Below are positions 27,616 to 35,111 of a stretch of DNA of 64,000 nt, one piece after another. Numbering within the stretch: the first letter of the stretch is position 1; each line of letters begins with the position of its first letter. The stretch spans positions 20,091 to 84,090 of the forward strand of contig DASVCV010000002.1 in assembly GCA_036381415.1 (NCBI GenBank), read 5' to 3'. Position numbers and translations under genes: made by a program. The stretch is from Patescibacteria group bacterium. Lineage in GTDB: Bacteria; Patescibacteriota; Microgenomatia; UBA8517. The notes beneath the pieces were generated by a model that was not told where the DNA came from, made no database searches, and worked only from the letters and a program-made list of their open reading frames with translations.

Positions 27616-28332
27616 TTAGAGAGCAAGTATTACTGCTCCTATTAGAAGGACTATACCTCCTGCAATTGCAAGCCAGGTTGGAGTTGATACTCCAGCTTGG
27701 GGAAGAGCAGGTGCAGGGGTTGCAACTGTTGGTGTAGGAGTTGCAACTGCAATAGGTGTAGGAGTTGGGGTTGGTGTTGCACATACGCAAGTTGTGCTTG
27801 TAGTACATGATGGGTTTCTACATACTCCTGTAGTTCCAGAAGTTATATAACAGGTCATTCCAGATTGACAGTTTGCATCAGATCCGCAAGTTCCATTACA
27901 TGCATTTGGTGCTCCAGGTGTTGGAGTAGGAGTGGGTGTAGGAGTTGGAGTTGGTGTAGGTGTAGCTGTTGCACAAACACAGTTTGAGTTTGATGCACAG
28001 GATGGATTTACACAGATGTTGTTTCCAGATACTGTTTGGCAAGTTAGACCAGTTGGACAATTTGATTGACCACCTGGAGTAGTACAAGCTTCATAGCATT
28101 GAGGTACTGGTGTAGGAGTAGGAGTTGGTGTTTCAGCAGTAAGTGTAAAGGACAGTGCTTGGCAAGCAGGGTTTACTTGAGCACCTGGATTACTAGTAGG
28201 AGCAGCAGGAGAAACAGACTCTTGTCTTAACTGATATAGCCTTAAAGCAGTAAATACTGCAATTCCAGCAAGTATTACAGTTGCTCCTAGTATTAATATT
28301 GTTACTAAATTTTTCTTTACAAATGCTTGCAT
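27616..28332 (-). CDS. Cys-rich, Pro/Thr-linker-rich surface protein B1 (paralog of B2). Two copies of the 8-Cys module and an LPQAG sorting signal.
   Basis: N-terminal 40 aa and C-terminal about 95 aa are identical or near-identical to B2. The first domain is replaced by a second 8-Cys module (CYEACTTPGGQSNCPTGLTCQTVSGNNICVNPSCASNSNCVCA). Confidence 0.6.
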   Translation of the reverse strand: MQAFVKKNLVTILILGATVILAGIAVFTALRLYQLRQESVSPAAPTSNPGAQVNPACQALSFTLTAETPTPTPTPVPQCYEACTTPGGQSNCPTGLTCQTVSGNNICVNPSCASNSNCVCATATPTPTPTPTPTPTPTPGAPNACNGTCGSDANCQSGMTCYITSGTTGVCRNPSCTTSTTCVCATPTPTPTPIAVATPTPTVATPAPALPQAGVSTPTWLAIAGGIVLLIGAVILAL

Positions 28333-28341
28333 ATTATTTTT

Positions 28342-30033
28342 TTAATTCCATGTATTTAACGCTGCATGGTGAATTTGTGCTGTTACTGTGAAACTTGTTA
28401 CACCTACTGGAATTGTGTACTCATCATAGAACTCTTGAGTTGCTGCTGGTTTGGTTGTTGTTACTTCTGGTCTTAAGGTTCCATTAATAGTAAATCTTGC
28501 TTTATCAAATACTCCAGATGTGGTTGTTCCAGTTACAGTAAATCTAACCTTGTCTCCTGCTTTAAGAGCTGATAATTGAGTGGTTGTAAGCAGATTCCAG
28601 TTTGTGTCATATGCTTTTACAGCCTGACATTGTGCAGTGGAAGGAGCGGTTGATCCAGGAGGGTTGGTTGGTGTTGTTCCTCCACCAGTAGTTGGAGTAG
28701 TTGGTGCTTCAATGGTGCCAGCTGGTGCGGCGCAGGACTGGCGGTCGGCATCGTATGAACAAGATATGGTTCCATTGTTGCAGAAGCAGTCGTAATTGCT
28801 TGGTTGGTTGTAATGGTCACCGCAACCTGCAAATCCTCCACTGCCGACTGTGCGGCCATCATATACTCTACATGTGTTGCCAGTAGTTGGGGGAGTGCTC
28901 CCATTACAAGTGTGTGTTGTTTCGTTACAATCACCGCTTAAACAACTTGTGTCGTATATACAAGTTGCTCCGTCTGGCCTGTTGCCGATCTCACCGCAGC
29001 GGTCTGTACGGATACAATCCCATTGACCAAGAGCGTTACAGTATGCTTGTTGAGTTGGACCTGCGCCTCCTGCTGGTTCTCCGTTTGCACCACTACAGTC
29101 TCCGCAAGCTTTTCTGTCTCCTGTGGTACATACTCTTCCTGTAGCATTTGAATAACCTCCGCAGGCTATTAATGTACCAGCGTTGCCGTAGCAGACTTTC
29201 TGTCCGGATTTAACTGTTCCTGCAATACAGGTAATACAATGAAGTGGACTTGAGCAGTTTGCATCTGAGGTACAAGTATCGCCTTCCCCACCTGTTGTTG
29301 TGCCTCCTGGAGTTGTACCTCCGCCGCTGGTGGTTGCAGTTGGACAGCTTTCACCTGCTGGACAACATCTACCTAGATAGCTTCCATTAGATTGTTGACA
29401 ACCTGCACCTGGATATACATAAGTCCATCCTGTAGCTGGGCATTGTCCACGATCAGAACCACTTGATCCAGTACACCAAGCACCTGCAGGAGCCGTTGGT
29501 TGAGTTCCTCCACTACTTGGTTGAGAACACATGCCAAGAGTGTTGCTGCATCCAACTGCAGATCCTCCACCACCTGAACAGTTCCAGTTGTAGTTTCCAG
29601 GACATTCTCCTCTATTACCTACTCTACAATCTCCAGTACACCAGCCGCCTGCTCTTTGATTTAGAAGCTGTTGTCTTTGAGTAAGTGCTAATCCTGCTCC
29701 AACTCCTACTACTAAAAGAACTAATCCAAGAATTGTTGGAATGAGTGCCCTTCTTCTTGGTGAAGGAGGGGCAAAGTCTGTTTGTGGCGGGGTTGAAATT
29801 CCAGAATCAGGTGGAACTCCTCCTCCATTGCCTGTATCTTGTGGTGTTTCTGTTGGGAAGGTTGGACTTGTATCTGCTGGTTGAGTGGTAGTTGTGGTTG
29901 TTGTTTCTGTAACTGTTACAGGTGGTACAGATAATGGCTGGTCTGTAAGAGTTGGTGGAGTACTCGTACTTTGATCAGTAGGAAATGTAGGATTAGTAGA
30001 AGTATTTTGTTGATTTAGAGTACTATCTTGCAT
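28342..30033 (-). CDS. Large Cys-rich surface protein A1 (paralog of A2).
   Basis: Same N-terminal anchor (PRRRALIPTILGLVLLVVGVGAGLAL) and C-terminal domain as A2. A different Cys-rich central region of about 50 Cys, and a longer poly-Thr N-terminal segment. Confidence 0.6.
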   Translation of the reverse strand: MQDSTLNQQNTSTNPTFPTDQSTSTPPTLTDQPLSVPPVTVTETTTTTTTQPADTSPTFPTETPQDTGNGGGVPPDSGISTPPQTDFAPPSPRRRALIPTILGLVLLVVGVGAGLALTQRQQLLNQRAGGWCTGDCRVGNRGECPGNYNWNCSGGGGSAVGCSNTLGMCSQPSSGGTQPTAPAGAWCTGSSGSDRGQCPATGWTYVYPGAGCQQSNGSYLGRCCPAGESCPTATTSGGGTTPGGTTTGGEGDTCTSDANCSSPLHCITCIAGTVKSGQKVCYGNAGTLIACGGYSNATGRVCTTGDRKACGDCSGANGEPAGGAGPTQQAYCNALGQWDCIRTDRCGEIGNRPDGATCIYDTSCLSGDCNETTHTCNGSTPPTTGNTCRVYDGRTVGSGGFAGCGDHYNQPSNYDCFCNNGTISCSYDADRQSCAAPAGTIEAPTTPTTGGGTTPTNPPGSTAPSTAQCQAVKAYDTNWNLLTTTQLSALKAGDKVRFTVTGTTTSGVFDKARFTINGTLRPEVTTTKPAATQEFYDEYTIPVGVTSFTVTAQIHHAALNTWN

Positions 30034-30044
30034 CTTTTATTTTT

Positions 30045-31382
30045 TTATATTTCTAACTTTTTCCAAAGTATGAAGCTAGTCACTACTAGCCCTATACCCA
30101 TCATAGAAAGAGCTAGAGTAGGAGTCAAGTCACCAGACACTGGAATGGCACTCCCCGTGGCTGGAAGAGTAATTCTTGTTGTCCCAGATGTTGTTGAAAC
30201 AGGGGTTGGAGTTGGTGTTGGAATGGGAGTGGGTGTTGGAATAGGTGTAGCAGAACCAGATGCAACAAAAGCTGGTCCTTCAGAAGCTTGAACAACAAAT
30301 GTTTTTGTTAAGGTTTGCAGAATTCCTTGGGCGTCTGTCCAGGAAACTGAAAGAGTGTGAGTTCCTGGATCTAGATTTGCAGGTGGATTCCAGGTCCAGG
30401 TTCCATCAGCAGCAGCTGTAACTGTTGCCGTTTGGGGAGTGGACCTGACAGTAATAGTAATTTTTGTATTAGGAGTGGCAGTTCCCATGATTTGAGGTTT
30501 AGCAGTGGAAATTATTTCGCCATCTTTGATACTTGTAACGGTTACAGTTTTTGTTGTTCCTGAGGTTGTAGCAGTATTTCCTAAGTTAAAACCTGCTGAT
30601 GAAGTTGCTGTGTCAGGCAAATTAAGATTTGATTGAGGATTTCCTCCTTCGGTGTTACCAGGATTACTTCTAAAATCATATGTTTGTCCAAGTTTGATAA
30701 CAGGAGTTGGGTTGGCTGATTTAGGATAGATTTGAGCAGTTGAGACTCCACTTACTCCACCTTGAACAAAAATTTGAAGAAGAGTGGAGTCTGGGGAAAT
30801 AGTTGCATAACTTGTGAGATCTGGTTTAAGTGCAGTGCTAATTGGAATTACCCAATTACCGTTAGCTGAAGTTAAGGCAGACATTGGGTTAAATCCAGTT
30901 CCATTTACATAGACCAGAACTTCTGGAGCTGGAAGGCCACCTGCATCTTCAACTGTTCCTGATATCAAGATCTGAGTAGGAAGAGTGGATGTTGTTTGTG
31001 AGGCAGTTTGGGTGTTCCAAGGGATTCCTGAGTTGTCATAATCAGAGCCAGCTGAATTAATTTTAAAATAGTAGGGAGTTGATGGACTTAAGGTAGTTAC
31101 TTGGACCCAATGAATGGTGGTAGCAGTTTGGGAAGCAAGTGTTGTCTGGCTTAAACTGTCTTGACTTACCCCATATTTGACATATCCAACGGTTGGTTTG
31201 TCAGTAATCCAAGAAATTGCAAAAGAAGAGGAAGATTGGTTTGTTATTCTTACATCTTGGGGTGCAACATCAGGAGAAGCACCAAGCTTAAATTGCTTGG
31301 ATGTTGCAACAAGAAAAATACCTGCTCCCATACCAAGTACAAGAACTAGTATTCCTATTAGTGTTGGGATTTTCCCTCTCAT
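30045..31382 (-). CDS. LPXTG-anchored multi-domain surface protein (Fn3-like, CarboxypepD_reg-like and Ig-like domains, PT-rich stalk).
   Basis: N-terminal signal MRGKIPTLIGILVLVLGMGAGIFLV. Fn3-like region SFAISWITDKPTVGYVKYG...YYFKINSAG. Ig-like region DGTWTWNPPANLDPGTHTLSVSWTD. (PTPTPIPTPTPTP) stalk. C-terminal LPATG plus hydrophobic segment plus KKLEI, a canonical sortase signal. Confidence 0.65.
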   Translation of the reverse strand: MRGKIPTLIGILVLVLGMGAGIFLVATSKQFKLGASPDVAPQDVRITNQSSSSFAISWITDKPTVGYVKYGVSQDSLSQTTLASQTATTIHWVQVTTLSPSTPYYFKINSAGSDYDNSGIPWNTQTASQTTSTLPTQILISGTVEDAGGLPAPEVLVYVNGTGFNPMSALTSANGNWVIPISTALKPDLTSYATISPDSTLLQIFVQGGVSGVSTAQIYPKSANPTPVIKLGQTYDFRSNPGNTEGGNPQSNLNLPDTATSSAGFNLGNTATTSGTTKTVTVTSIKDGEIISTAKPQIMGTATPNTKITITVRSTPQTATVTAAADGTWTWNPPANLDPGTHTLSVSWTDAQGILQTLTKTFVVQASEGPAFVASGSATPIPTPTPIPTPTPTPVSTTSGTTRITLPATGSAIPVSGDLTPTLALSMMGIGLVVTSFILWKKLEI

Positions 31383-31717
31383 GGCGTGGTTCCTCCTGGA
31401 GTTGCTGACTGACTGGCAATTGGAGTTGCTGACTCACTTGCAACGGGTGTTGCAACAGGTGTTGGGGTAGGAAGAGTGGATGCAGTAACGGTATTATTTC
31501 CGATCTGGTCATCACTAAGGTACATTCTTTGTTGTAATTTATTTAGAGCAGCTACGTCAAGAGTGGGATTTAAGGGTGCAACAATTTCAGCAGGTACTGG
31601 GGGAGAAGGCTTTATAGTTAGGGTTCTATAAACCTCAAAAGCAATCCAGAAAAAGATTGTGATTAGGGTAATTATTGCAAGAGTTACTCCTGCTGGTGTT
31701 TTTATTCCTCTTTTCAT
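31379..31717 (-). CDS. Membrane-anchored Pro/Thr-rich protein co-transcribed with pilN/pilO. Possible pilus-associated component.
   Basis: 112 aa: N-terminal TM (MKRGIKTPAGVTLAIITLITIFFWIAF), then a PT/ATP-rich low-complexity tail. ATGA start/stop overlaps with both neighbouring genes. Confidence 0.45.
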   Translation of the reverse strand: MKRGIKTPAGVTLAIITLITIFFWIAFEVYRTLTIKPSPPVPAEIVAPLNPTLDVAALNKLQQRMYLSDDQIGNNTVTASTLPTPTPVATPVASESATPIASQSATPGGTTP

Positions 31718-32379
31718 TTTGTTTGGGCTGTTTGAGCTTCCTGGTAAGGGGCTCTTCCTTCTATGGTTAGATATAAATTTTTAACATTATCAATTTCTGT
31801 TGCAGTAAAATTTAGACTGTCAAAGACAAGAGGACGTCTTAAAAGTTCAATATCTGCAAGGAATGTTGAGATGGTGTTGTAGTCGCCTGCTACTGAAATA
31901 GATACTCCAACCCCTGAACTTCCTTGCGGAAGAGTTTTTCTTTGATCAGGGGGACCTGCAAGAACAGGGGAAGTCCCTGCAAGAGTTATTTGTTCACTTC
32001 CTATGTTTTGAGTAACAACATTATCTTTTTTAATTACTCCTTCAATTTGGCGGATGTATTGACCAAGAGATGGAGATGTGGGAACTGCATCAGAAAGAAG
32101 AGCAATATTTGCCTGTTGGGATGCAAGAATACTCTGAGCTTGCTGAAGGTTTAGGATTTTAGCATCCATTTGTTCTATGGTTTTTTGCTTTTCATTAATT
32201 TCTGTTAAGAGGTTAGAGATGGTAAGGGCAGTTGGCTTAATGGCAAAGATTGAAAAAAGGCCAATAGTAACTATGGAAAGTAGAAGCTCAAGAAAGGCTT
32301 TTAAGTCTGGCCTTCTTTTGTAAAGAGCCATTAAGTTAAATAGATACTGTTGTCCTCTAAAGTAGCTTTTAGGTCCCAT
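31714..32379 (-). CDS. pilO: Type IV pilus assembly protein PilO.
   Basis: Basic N-terminus plus one TM and a coiled coil. C-terminal ISVAGDYNTISTFLADIELLRRPLVFDSLNF is similar to the PilO core. Start uncertain: 32379 or 32331, while the ORF track gives 32484. Confidence 0.65.
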   Translation of the reverse strand: MGPKSYFRGQQYLFNLMALYKRRPDLKAFLELLLSIVTIGLFSIFAIKPTALTISNLLTEINEKQKTIEQMDAKILNLQQAQSILASQQANIALLSDAVPTSPSLGQYIRQIEGVIKKDNVVTQNIGSEQITLAGTSPVLAGPPDQRKTLPQGSSGVGVSISVAGDYNTISTFLADIELLRRPLVFDSLNFTATEIDNVKNLYLTIEGRAPYQEAQTAQTK

Positions 32380-32953
32380 TTGGTTTAGGCGTAGCTGCCA
32401 CTCCTTTCTGTGTAGCAAGAACTTGGAAAGTGATATTGCCTGTTGTTTGGTCAATTGTGGTTTGAGTAAGAGATACTTTATCAAACATATTTGGGATTGC
32501 TTTTAAGTTTGCAATAAATGTACCTGCTCCAACTTCTGAGGTGGAAGTTGCTCTAATTTCAACTGCAGATGCATCTACTGAAAGAAATGTTATTTGGACA
32601 GTATCAGGAAGAGCAGTTGTTAGGGTTTGAAGAAGAGGAATGTATTTGCTTTTGTCATATGCAACAGAAGAGAAAATGGCTAACTCTTTTTGAGCTTCTC
32701 TAAAGTTCTTTTCAACTTGGGCATATGAGGTAATAACTGCCTTTTTTTGATTTATAGCTTCTGTTAGGTCGCTTACTTTGGAGTCAAGCCAGAATCTAGA
32801 GAGAAATGCTCCCATTACGACCATTTCAGTTGCAATGACAATGAGCCTAAATGAAGAAATAAGCCATCTAAAAATTCTTCCTAGAGTGGATGATTCGAAC
32901 TCTTCTTGTGGAAGAAGATTGATCCTTGGTTCTTTAGTGTTGCGGGCAGCCAT
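32369..32953 (-). CDS. pilN: Type IV pilus assembly protein PilN.
   Basis: The hallmark N-terminal INLLP motif (PRINLLPQEE), a single TM, a coiled coil and a C-terminal ALPDTVQITFLSVDASAVEIRATS region. Confidence 0.75.
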   Translation of the reverse strand: MAARNTKEPRINLLPQEEFESSTLGRIFRWLISSFRLIVIATEMVVMGAFLSRFWLDSKVSDLTEAINQKKAVITSYAQVEKNFREAQKELAIFSSVAYDKSKYIPLLQTLTTALPDTVQITFLSVDASAVEIRATSTSEVGAGTFIANLKAIPNMFDKVSLTQTTIDQTTGNITFQVLATQKGVAATPKPNGT

Positions 32954-33019
32954 ACAATTAGAGCCAATGACTATTCAATGGCTACTTCAATATAACATAA
33001 CCGTGAGGTTCACAAAAGA

Positions 33020-33313
33020 TTATTTTTTGGAAGCTTTTTTAGAAGATTTTTTGGGAGCAGCTTTTTTAACTGGCTTAACTGGTTTTGCTAATTTAGAAAG
33101 AGCTGATTTAATTCTTGCTGCTTTATTCTTATGGATTACTTTCTTTTTTGCAGCACGATCTGCAAGAGAAGATGCTTTTTTAATACTTACCTGGCTTTTA
33201 GTTTTCTTTGCTAGTCGTATTGCAGCATCCAAATCCTTTATAATAATTGTGTTAACAGATGCTTTCTGGGCTGACCCTCTTAAAGCTCTTTTGGCTGTTT
33301 TAGTTACAGGCAT
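33020..33313 (-). CDS. rpsT: 30S ribosomal protein S20 with a Lys-rich C-terminal extension.
   Basis: MPVTKTAKRALRGSAQKA...IHKNKAARIKSALSKL matches the S20 signature. Start taken at Met-14 of the listed ORF. Confidence 0.8.
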   Translation of the reverse strand: MPVTKTAKRALRGSAQKASVNTIIIKDLDAAIRLAKKTKSQVSIKKASSLADRAAKKKVIHKNKAARIKSALSKLAKPVKPVKKAAPKKSSKKASKK

Positions 33314-33363
33314 GCCTGAAGTATAATTCAAAATGCTCGTAATTTCAATCAAACACTAAAAAG

Positions 33364-35055
33364 ATGAACAATTTGATTAGACAGGGAAAGAAGATTTTCT
33401 TTTCAGAACAAACAACAGTACTTTCTGCAGCTGGAGTAATAATGCTAATGACCTTTGGGTCACAGATACTTGGGTTTGTTAGGGCAAGGGTTGTTCTTCA
33501 TTTTTTTACAACAAGTGATTCCTCACTTTTTTTTGCTGCATTAAGGCTGCCTGAACTTGTTTTTGAAATATTAATGTATGGAATGTTTTCTTCAGCTTTT
33601 ATTCCTGTTTTTAGCAAGGCAATTAAAAAGGGAGAAGATGCTTGGGATATTGCAGGCAGAGTAGTTAATTTAGGGCTTTTGATTTTTGGAGTGTTTGCAA
33701 TAATCATGGGGATTTGGGCTGACAAAATATATGCGGTTATTGCTCCAGGATATACACCTGATCAGATTATTCAGATTGCAAATCTAGCTCGTGTATTATT
33801 TATTGCTCAAGGAATATTTATTGTAAGTTATGTACTTACTGGAGTACTTGAGTCTTTAAAGAGGTTTTTAATTCCAGCTCTGGCTCCTATTTTTTACAAC
33901 TTAGGACTAATACTTGGGACAATACTATTAAGTAATAGGTTTGGGCTTATGGCTCCTGCAATTGGAGTTGTAGTTGGAGCTTTTGTACATTTTTTGATTC
34001 AGCTTCCTTTGGCATTCAAGCTTGGATTTAGGTTTAGTTTGAGATTAAAGCCCAATAGTGGTGTTAAAAGCATTATTAAACTTGCAACTCCGCGTTTAGC
34101 TGATCTTTCATTTCAACAAATAGTGTCTGTGGTTGAACTTTACTTTTCATCTTTGATTTCAACAGCATCTTATACCTATTTGACTGTTGCTAATTCACTT
34201 CAGTCAGCACCTGTAAGGTTGTTTGGAATATCTCTTGCTAAAGCTGCACTTCCAACCTTGACTCACCAGGATGAGAATCCAGAGGAATTTAAGAGAACAC
34301 TTCTTTCAACTATTTATCAGATGTTTTTCCTAGTTATGCCGGTTGTGACTTTCTTTATAGTGTTAAGAATTCCAACAACAAGACTGTTTTTCGGAACTGC
34401 AAACTTTGACTGGAATGCAACAGTGCAAACAGGAATGGTTCTTTCAGCTTATGCTCTTGGAATTCCATTCCAGGCAGCTGTAGCCATACTTGCCCGTGCT
34501 TTTTATGCATTTCATGACACAAAAACTCCTGTTCTTATATCAATAGTAGGAGACGGGGCAATAATAATTGCTGATTTTGTTCTTATAAAAGGGTTTGGGC
34601 TTCCACTTTGGGCTTTGTCTTTCTCTTTTTCTCTGGGAGCTTTTATAGAAACATTGGTTCTTATCTTTCTTATAAATAAAAAACTTAAAAATATGCCTTT
34701 CCTTTCGGTAATGCCTACAATTTTAAAGAGTGTTTTTGCAGCAACTGTTTCTGGGACAACAATGTATATATTAATGAAGGCACTTGATAAGTCGGTTTGG
34801 GAGAAGCGGGGACTTAACCCATCACTTCTTATTCCTTTTGATAAATTAGTTCTTGATACAAGATATACTGTAAATCTTATAATTCTTACTGCAGTAGTTG
34901 GAGCAATTGGACTTGCAGCTTATGTTGTTACTTCATATTTACTAAAGTCAGGAGAACTAACTAGCTTAATTAGAGTTATCAGAAGAAACCATATTTTAAG
35001 ATTTAGACAAAAGTTAGAGCCTGTTACTGAAAAACCTTCTGCAGATATTCCTTAA
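33364..35055 (+). CDS. murJ: Lipid II flippase MurJ (MviN).
   Basis: 14-TM MOP-superfamily topology. N-terminal SQILGFVRARVV is MurJ-typical. Confidence 0.85.
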   Translation: MNNLIRQGKKIFFSEQTTVLSAAGVIMLMTFGSQILGFVRARVVLHFFTTSDSSLFFAALRLPELVFEILMYGMFSSAFIPVFSKAIKKGEDAWDIAGRVVNLGLLIFGVFAIIMGIWADKIYAVIAPGYTPDQIIQIANLARVLFIAQGIFIVSYVLTGVLESLKRFLIPALAPIFYNLGLILGTILLSNRFGLMAPAIGVVVGAFVHFLIQLPLAFKLGFRFSLRLKPNSGVKSIIKLATPRLADLSFQQIVSVVELYFSSLISTASYTYLTVANSLQSAPVRLFGISLAKAALPTLTHQDENPEEFKRTLLSTIYQMFFLVMPVVTFFIVLRIPTTRLFFGTANFDWNATVQTGMVLSAYALGIPFQAAVAILARAFYAFHDTKTPVLISIVGDGAIIIADFVLIKGFGLPLWALSFSFSLGAFIETLVLIFLINKKLKNMPFLSVMPTILKSVFAATVSGTTMYILMKALDKSVWEKRGLNPSLLIPFDKLVLDTRYTVNLIILTAVVGAIGLAAYVVTSYLLKSGELTSLIRVIRRNHILRFRQKLEPVTEKPSADIP

Positions 35056-35084
35056 ATTTTACTCTTCCCAGAGCTTGACACTTA

Positions 35085-35111
35085 TTAGCAGTCATGATAG
35101 TCTAGTGCCAA
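35085..35111 (+). promoter_or_regulatory. CIRCE-like operator (HrcA binding site) immediately upstream of hrcA.
   Basis: TTAGCAGTC-N9-TAGTGCCAA versus consensus TTAGCACTC-N9-GAGTGCTAA (3 mismatches). A TTGACA -35-like hexamer lies at 35075..35080. Confidence 0.5.

Larger units (their letters stand above)
27608..30130. repeat. Tandem duplication unit, copy 1 (3' tail of the LPATG protein gene + A1 + B1).
   Basis: See copy 2. The right boundary lies inside the 3' end of the 30045..31382 gene. Confidence 0.6.

Noticed and set aside
25291-28332. Type IV prepilin (class III) signal peptides on the B proteins, the 112-aa protein and the 58311 pilin-like protein.
   Set aside because: The N-termini lack the G|F/M-x-x-x-E cleavage consensus: no Glu at +5 and no short basic leader ending in Gly. 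They were treated as ordinary signal anchors.
25283-30130. Diversity-generating retroelement (template/variable repeat) explanation for the identical-ends, different-cores pattern of the A/B genes.
   Set aside because: No reverse transcriptase gene is present in the window, and the differing regions are wholesale non-homologous rather than adenine-specific point substitutions in a short VR. It is kept as a search target genome-wide, but not called here.
25259-31515. Numerous short ORFs inside the Cys-rich genes, e.g. 25548..25774, 26304..27000, 27896..28087, 28617..29684, 30028..30291, 31161..31515.
   Set aside because: They translate the repetitive GGT/GCA/ACA-rich DNA of the Cys/Thr/Pro coding regions in other frames (poly-Q/L/C artefacts). 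The annotated minus-strand frames give coherent signal anchors, modules and sorting signals.
32954-33363. Expected pilM gene immediately upstream of pilN.
   Set aside because: The only upstream gene is rpsT (S20), and the 66-nt gap cannot hold pilM. PilM-like function may be supplied by the 58785..61031 fusion protein instead.
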